Source of the DNA: Candidatus Bathyarchaeota archaeon
GTDB taxonomy: Archaea > Thermoproteota > Bathyarchaeia > Bathyarchaeales > Bathycorpusculaceae
DNA: 64,000 nt
Direction of reading: 5' to 3'
NCBI GenBank assembly: GCA_963833575.1
Contig: CAWHXY010000004.1
Location: 416,001-480,000 of the forward strand
Shown here: one piece after another, positions 58,179 through 64,000 of the stretch
Numbering within the stretch: position 1 is the first letter of the stretch
Layout: each line of letters begins with the position of its first letter
The notes under the pieces: generated by a model
Told to the model about the DNA's origin: nothing
Database searches by the model: none
What the model saw: only the letters and a program-made list of their open reading frames with translations
Made by a program: the position numbers and the translations under genes

Positions 58179-59300
58179 AAACAATCGGTAAACTCTATGT
58201 TCCAAAAGAGTTGATGTGTTGTTACGCCCGAATATTCGATAATAGTTTTTGCCAGCTGCTTCCACTAAATCACCGATATCATATCGGGGAAACATGCAGG
58301 AAGAAATTATTAGTCTGCCCCATTCGCCACGTTTAAGTTCATGCAGCATTTTAACGCCTTTGTCAGTCGCAACCTCAAAAAAATATGAATCATAATTGGG
58401 TGTTACGTATGGCAAATCGTCGAGTTGCTGGCCAAAGACGCCTTCAGTCGCAGTGTACATTTCCACTATCGGCACGTCACCAAAGTACGCTTTCAATATT
58501 GGACCCCATTTGTACTGAATTTTGCTCACGCTGGTGCAAAAGAGCGCCTGAAACTTCCACAGGTCGGCTGGTTTTTTCCCGTGCTTCCGCTTGATGTACC
58601 TGGCAAAAGACAAAATTACAGGAGTTACACCCATAGTGGCTGTAACATCTTTATTTAGCGCTTGTTGATAAACCAACTCAAAGCGTTTCTCCCAATCCTG
58701 CCTTCTAAGCTCAGCGCCTAAAGCGTCTATTTCTTCCTGTCGAGGCAATAGACTCACTCTATCAAACATTGGATTGAGTTTTGCATATGTTCCCGAGCTA
58801 TAACCATAGTTAACTTGCTTTCCGTTATTGTCCATTGTATGGACATTTGATGGAAAATTTAGATTAAGAATTGATCCAATAAAAACTTGGTAGTTTTTTT
58901 TCTGTAATGCAAAGTTAACTATTCCTCTTGCCCCACAAGAATAAATTTGTTTTAGATGCGTTTGGGTTGCGGGCAAAACTTTGGATTTCCCCGTTGAGCC
59001 GCGGGTCATGACCCAACATTCGGCTGGTTCAGGCAAAATCGACCTATAGTTTCCTTCTCTGATTTGTTCTAGATAAGGAATAAGATCAGAATAATTGATT
59101 ATGGGAAAGTTTGTTTTGTAATCTGAAATGTTCTTTATGCGTTGCGCGTTATGATTTTGTCCGTAGTCAGTGGAACTATACTTTTGAAGGAGCTCATTTA
59201 GTACTTGCTCTTGTGCTTTTTTCGGATTTGACAGCGATTCATACCAAGAATCAATAAATGGCTTTAGAATACTGTTGATGCTGTCTTCGTTGGGCATCAT
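58158..59300 (-). CDS. GH3-family adenylating enzyme (short form)
   Basis: TRGSTGKSK P-loop, YTATEG, RYDIGD. Confidence 0.85.
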   Translation of the reverse strand: MMPNEDSINSILKPFIDSWYESLSNPKKAQEQVLNELLQKYSSTDYGQNHNAQRIKNISDYKTNFPIINYSDLIPYLEQIREGNYRSILPEPAECWVMTRGSTGKSKVLPATQTHLKQIYSCGARGIVNFALQKKNYQVFIGSILNLNFPSNVHTMDNNGKQVNYGYSSGTYAKLNPMFDRVSLLPRQEEIDALGAELRRQDWEKRFELVYQQALNKDVTATMGVTPVILSFARYIKRKHGKKPADLWKFQALFCTSVSKIQYKWGPILKAYFGDVPIVEMYTATEGVFGQQLDDLPYVTPNYDSYFFEVATDKGVKMLHELKRGEWGRLIISSCMFPRYDIGDLVEAAGKNYYRIFGRNNTSTLLEHRVYRLFLGKLLR

Positions 59301-59388
59301 GTGACTCGCTGTTTAAATTTGTTATGAATTTGCTTATATGCTTCTCTATAAATAAATTAGTCAGCCAGAAACCTTGGTTATTTAAGGG

Positions 59389-60324
59389 TTGAAGTTTATG
59401 AGTGAAACAGTTCGTGCCACAGCTGACAAAATAAAAAAGTTGGAAGTTCAAGGAGCGAGAAACGTTGCGATAGCTGCAATAAAAGCTATGCAAACATTGG
59501 CAGAGCAGACGAAAGCAAAAAACAAATCCGCCTTCTTACAGGAGCTCAAGGAAGCTCAAGATTTGCTTTTTGAGTCAAGGGAAACTGAGCCTTTAATGAG
59601 AAATGCTGTGCGTTGGATAATCACTCAAGCCCAAGGAAGTAGCACCGAAAAGGTCGACGCTATTAGCCAAATGGTTTCTTCCAATGTTTGTTTGTTTTTG
59701 CAGAATCTTGAGGCTTCAAGAGAACGAACCGCGGAAATAGGTTCTAAACGAATTCAAGATGGCATGTTAGTTTTTACTCATTGTCATTCTTCAACAGTAA
59801 CTCGAATGTTGGCCAAAGCCAAAGCTGACGGCAAAAACTTTAGCGTCATATGTACCGAAACAAGACCTGCCTTTCAAGGTAGAATAACCGCTCGAGAAAT
59901 GATCAAACTTGATATCCAAACCTTGTTTATTGTTGATTCAGCCGCGCGCTCCTATATGGGAGATGTTGACCTCGTTGTGGTAGGTGCGGACGCAATTTCT
60001 TCTGAGGGCAATGTGGTTAACAAAATTGGAACCAGCAGCATAGCAGTTTTAGCCAATGAAGCTAGAAAGCCGTTGTATGTTGTTTCGGAATTGTTAAAGT
60101 TTGATCCAGCAACTCTGTTTGGAGAGTATGAAGGGATTGAACAGCGGACTCCCAGTGAAGTTTGGAAAGAAGCTCCCGAGAAACTTTCCGTGCGAAATCC
60201 AGCGTTTGATGTTACCCCAAGTCGCTATATTCACGGAATAATCTGCGAGGAAGGAATAATTGCTCCTCAATCAATAGTTGAAACGGTAAACCGAAGCTAT
60301 CCGTGGGTTTTCAAGCCAATTTAA
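59389..60324 (+). CDS. Ribose-1,5-bisphosphate isomerase (eIF2B-like)
   Basis: VQGA, THCHSS, ETRP, GADA, NKIGT, NPAFDVTP; adjacent to rbcL. Confidence 0.9.
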   Translation: MKFMSETVRATADKIKKLEVQGARNVAIAAIKAMQTLAEQTKAKNKSAFLQELKEAQDLLFESRETEPLMRNAVRWIITQAQGSSTEKVDAISQMVSSNVCLFLQNLEASRERTAEIGSKRIQDGMLVFTHCHSSTVTRMLAKAKADGKNFSVICTETRPAFQGRITAREMIKLDIQTLFIVDSAARSYMGDVDLVVVGADAISSEGNVVNKIGTSSIAVLANEARKPLYVVSELLKFDPATLFGEYEGIEQRTPSEVWKEAPEKLSVRNPAFDVTPSRYIHGIICEEGIIAPQSIVETVNRSYPWVFKPI

Positions 60325-61544
60325 GCTTTCCAATGCTCTAGCGCGGCTTTAAGTTCTTCGTGTGTTTTAGCGTAGTCTTCAAGCGTCGATCCTTTCAGAG
60401 TTGCATCTACAGATTGCCGCATGGCTTTGGCTCCGGCTACTGTTCCATCTGGATGCCCGTGTATTCCGCCACCTGCTTGAAGCACTACATCGTTACCAAA
60501 GGTTTCAAGCAATGAAGGCACTAATCTAGGGTACAATCCTCCTGAGGCAACAGGTAAAACAGGCATTAATTCACCCATTTCAGCTTTGCAAGCACTTATG
60601 TTCTCGAGTACCTCAGCTTTAGTTTCAGACATCTTACCTACAACAGTTCCAACGTGGAGTTGATCCACGCCGATTATTCTTGCGACTGTTGCTATGGGGC
60701 GCATTGCAATACCGTGTTTTTGGTTCTTTGTGAAAGCAGCGTGTCCTGCTCTGTGCGCGTGAATTACTAGTTTGCTGTTTTGGTCTCTTAGGGTTTGTAG
60801 TGCGGACCATCCACAGGTCAGGATATCAACCATGACATATTCGCCGCCCTGATTTACGACCTCGTCGGCGCGTTTCAGCATAAGGTTGGTTTCGGCTGTG
60901 ATGTTTATCATGTAGACTTTGCGTTCGCCCGTTTCATTTTGCGCTTTGTCCCGACTTTCCAAAGTCTGGATGAGTCGATCTTCAAAGAGATTGAATTTTT
61001 GGCTGCTTAAATTTTCGTCGTCTTTAACGACGTCGCAGCCGCCACTCCAAGCGTCATAGGCCACTTTTGCGTGGTCTTTCGTGCTTAATCCGAGTTTAGG
61101 CTTAATTATTGTGCCTACAAGTGGGCGTTTCGGAATTTTTAGGAGTTTGCGTATCCCAGCTATTCCGAAAGCAGGACCTTTGAAACTCTTGAGCAATTCC
61201 TCAGGCATTTTAATGTCAAGGAGCCGCAAGTTTTTGAGGGCTTTTAAGCCAAAAACATTTCCTGCAACACTGCTCAGTATGTTTGGCATATTGGCTGGCT
61301 CAAAGAGTTCAATTGGATAAGCAATTTTAGCTACGTTGCCTTCTATGCTGTAAACGTGGGCTGCCAATTTTTTCACATAAGGCTTCTCAGTGGTGAGTTC
61401 TGTCCATGTACCAACAGAGCTTTCAGCAGCAACTCCGCCTGCAGCCTCTTTAATGCTGATGCCTTCAGGTTCCAAATAAAAAGTACATATTAAATCGGTT
61501 TCTTTTAACTTGTAATTTGAATTAACAAAATCAAGATACTTCAA
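60321..61544 (-). CDS. rbcL: Form III RuBisCO
   Basis: ESSVGTW, KPKLG, DVVKDDE, HAHRAGH, ASGG, GGGIHGHP. Confidence 0.95.
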   Translation of the reverse strand: MKYLDFVNSNYKLKETDLICTFYLEPEGISIKEAAGGVAAESSVGTWTELTTEKPYVKKLAAHVYSIEGNVAKIAYPIELFEPANMPNILSSVAGNVFGLKALKNLRLLDIKMPEELLKSFKGPAFGIAGIRKLLKIPKRPLVGTIIKPKLGLSTKDHAKVAYDAWSGGCDVVKDDENLSSQKFNLFEDRLIQTLESRDKAQNETGERKVYMINITAETNLMLKRADEVVNQGGEYVMVDILTCGWSALQTLRDQNSKLVIHAHRAGHAAFTKNQKHGIAMRPIATVARIIGVDQLHVGTVVGKMSETKAEVLENISACKAEMGELMPVLPVASGGLYPRLVPSLLETFGNDVVLQAGGGIHGHPDGTVAGAKAMRQSVDATLKGSTLEDYAKTHEELKAALEHWKA

Positions 61545-61631
61545 GGTTTTCGTCTCAAGCTATTGTGACTAGTTTTTGCTTAAAATCTTTAACTATTTCT
61601 GGCGACATCAAATAGTCATGTTGGTCTCAAA

Positions 61632-63176
61632 ATGGAGTTAAATGTTGAAGTCTTAATGATAACTACAGGCGGCAGCAGAATAGCCGTATTAAGCGATGAA
61701 ACCGCCAACCTGCTGGGTGTGCACAGCTCCGACAGAATTCGCATTGTCTACGGCAAAAAAGAAATGATTGCCATAGCCAATATCGCACCGTATTTTCCAA
61801 AGAAGCGGATCGGACTTTACCAGGAAACGGTCGAGGCGCTGGGAGTGAAAGAGGATGAGACTGTCAATGTTCAGTTGGCGTCACTTCCTGAATCATTGTT
61901 TAATGTTCGTGCCAAGTTGCATGGAGAACGGCTGCGCGAAAAAGACGTTTTTGGCATTGTAAATGATGTGGTTGAGCGACATCTGAGTAATGTTGAGATA
62001 GCCGCATTCTTGACAGCTCTTAGCATACATGGCTTGAGCACTGGCGAAAACGAGGCGTTGTCAAGGGCTATGGTTGCGACAGGAAAAACTATTGATTTCG
62101 GCAAGGGACCCATTCTTGATAAGCATAGCGTGGGCGGAATTCCTGGCGACAAAACCAGTATGCTCGTTGTGCCTATTGCGGCAGCGGCTGGATATACAAT
62201 TCCTAAAACGTCCTCACGTGCTATCACTTCGCCTTCAGGAACTGCAGACAGGGTGGAAACTCTTTGCCCAGTAAATTTAGCCATTAACGAGATTAAGGAT
62301 GTCGTTGCAAAAACCAACGCCTGTCTCGTTTGGGGTGGCGCTTTGGATCTTGCTCCAGCAGATGACCTTTTCATTCAAGTTGAGTACCCCTTAGGCATTG
62401 ACCCTATGCTTTTGCCTTCGATTCTTAGCAAGAAAAAAGCTATGGGAGCAACACATGTTGTTATAGATATTCCCACTGGGATGGGCGCTAAAATCAAGAC
62501 CCGAACTGAAGCATACACTTTGGCGTCTGATTTTGTTGATTTGGGAAAACGGTTAGGCCTAAACATTCAGTGTGCCTTGACTTTCGGAGATCAACCTTTA
62601 GGCTATTGCATTGGTCCTGCCCTTGAAGCTTGTGAAGCACTAACAACTCTTATGGGTGGTGGTCCACCTGACCTGCGAGATAAAGCGGTTAGTCTTGCTG
62701 GCATGCTTTTCGAGATGGTTGGAGATGAAAATGGTCATAGTAAAGCGGAGGAGATGCTTGATTCAGGCAAAGCTGAGAAAAAGATGCGCGATATTATTGC
62801 TGCTCAAGGTGGAGATCCAACTGTTAAACCCGATGATTTACCTGTGGGCGCTGAAAAGGCAGAGGTAAAGTCTGAGCACAGTGGAAAAGTGATTTGGCTA
62901 AGCACTGAAGACATTGTGCGGATAGCTCGTGAAGCTGGAGCACCCAAAGAGAAGGGGGCTGGCCTTGTGTTACATTCAAAACTTGGAGATTCTGTACATA
63001 AGGATCAAGTATTGTTTGAAATTTATGCTGAGAGAAACAGCAAGTTAGCTTCCGCGCTTGAGCTGGCCAATCAATTATCGCCTATCGTTCTGACTAAGAA
63101 ACCTGCTGAAAAAATGATTTTGGACCGGGTACCTGAGAAGTTTGCACATGAGAAAAGTTTTAGCCTCGATAGATAA
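61632..63176 (+). CDS. deoA: AMP phosphorylase
   Basis: DKHSVGG, PKTSSRAITSPSGTAD, SKKKA; divergent from rbcL. Confidence 0.93.
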   Translation: MELNVEVLMITTGGSRIAVLSDETANLLGVHSSDRIRIVYGKKEMIAIANIAPYFPKKRIGLYQETVEALGVKEDETVNVQLASLPESLFNVRAKLHGERLREKDVFGIVNDVVERHLSNVEIAAFLTALSIHGLSTGENEALSRAMVATGKTIDFGKGPILDKHSVGGIPGDKTSMLVVPIAAAAGYTIPKTSSRAITSPSGTADRVETLCPVNLAINEIKDVVAKTNACLVWGGALDLAPADDLFIQVEYPLGIDPMLLPSILSKKKAMGATHVVIDIPTGMGAKIKTRTEAYTLASDFVDLGKRLGLNIQCALTFGDQPLGYCIGPALEACEALTTLMGGGPPDLRDKAVSLAGMLFEMVGDENGHSKAEEMLDSGKAEKKMRDIIAAQGGDPTVKPDDLPVGAEKAEVKSEHSGKVIWLSTEDIVRIAREAGAPKEKGAGLVLHSKLGDSVHKDQVLFEIYAERNSKLASALELANQLSPIVLTKKPAEKMILDRVPEKFAHEKSFSLDR

Positions 63177-63569
63177 AACTTATGCGCAGATGGCACGATT
63201 TAGTAACAGAATTTGAGAGCTCTCTAAGTTGTACTGCCAGAAAGTCAGGTTTGGAATATAGATGTTCTGAAACCCAATTCATTTTAAACAGGATTAATAG
63301 GGGTCGACGGGGCGGTAACCTTTCGCGATTTTCTTAATAACGCTACTTTCTTTCGGCGTTTGGTGTTTGTTTTCACTCGAAAAATGATTCCATGAGTGTT
63401 TTGATAGTACTTGTTTCCTTTATTTCTCAAGATAGTCTCAACCTTTTATTTACTATTGTGACATGATTATTTGAGGATGCCTATTGATATTTTTTATTAA
63501 ACATGAAATATAAAAAAACTCCGCCCTTTAATAACAAGTTTATGTTGCCGTCTGCTTTCTAATTCTAGA

Positions 63570-63980
63570 GTGGTTATAAATATGAACGCAAAGCAATTCT
63601 TCAGAATCGAAGTTAGCACAAGTTGGGGACATTTGATTAGGGAAAGGAAGACGCCGACTAAAGACGAAGAGAAAGTAAGAGAAGCAAGAAGGGCTTATCG
63701 CGATGGAATTAAAGAAGCATGGGACATTTACACCCAAGACAACACGATAGTAAAGGAAGCAAAGAAGACTCTTGACTCAGCAATAGACCAAGCATACAAA
63801 TTATACTTGCCTGAACATGGAGAGAAAATGGGACAATCAGAATATGAACAGGCAACCAAACTCTATTTCAAAACTTTATACAAAGTTCACCGCAAGTTTG
63901 CAGACACGATTGGACAAATTTGGGGTGTTTTCATGAAAGACATGGACACTTCTCAAAGACTAACCAAGAAAAATACTTAG
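63570..63980 (+). CDS. Hypothetical helical protein
   Basis: 136-aa ORF. Confidence 0.65.
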   Translation: MVINMNAKQFFRIEVSTSWGHLIRERKTPTKDEEKVREARRAYRDGIKEAWDIYTQDNTIVKEAKKTLDSAIDQAYKLYLPEHGEKMGQSEYEQATKLYFKTLYKVHRKFADTIGQIWGVFMKDMDTSQRLTKKNT

Positions 63981-64000
63981 AAACAGAACCAAAATCCTAT

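Noticed and set aside
63284-63430. 48-codon basic minus-strand ORF with a TTG start
   Set aside because: Weak start signals and no recognisable family; may be chance.

Overview
Archaeal chromosomal segment, most consistent with Bathyarchaeia (inferred from gene content and protein families). It carries three amino-acid biosynthesis operons: lysWXYZJK with a divergent Lrp regulator; ilvBN-leuCDBA-pheA; and an aspartokinase-led archaeal shikimate/Phe/Tyr operon. It also has a DtxR-feoB iron locus with a triple operator, an aIF2-alpha gene outside its usual context, two tRNAs (Leu-TAG, Thr-GGT) serving as integration sites with att duplications and integrase remnants, a protein O-mannosylation cluster, and the AMP phosphorylase/R15P isomerase/form III RuBisCO cluster. 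The main observation is that each amino-acid operon is preceded by a tiny unannotated uORF whose last codons are enriched in that operon's product: ...FDYYFYSYFP* before the aromatic operon, ...RRVLIL* before ilvB and ...KKTFPKKQK* before lysW. Two of them are followed by hairpins or U-tracts. This suggests leader-peptide (attenuation-like) control in an archaeon. All calls are by eye; no database searches were run.
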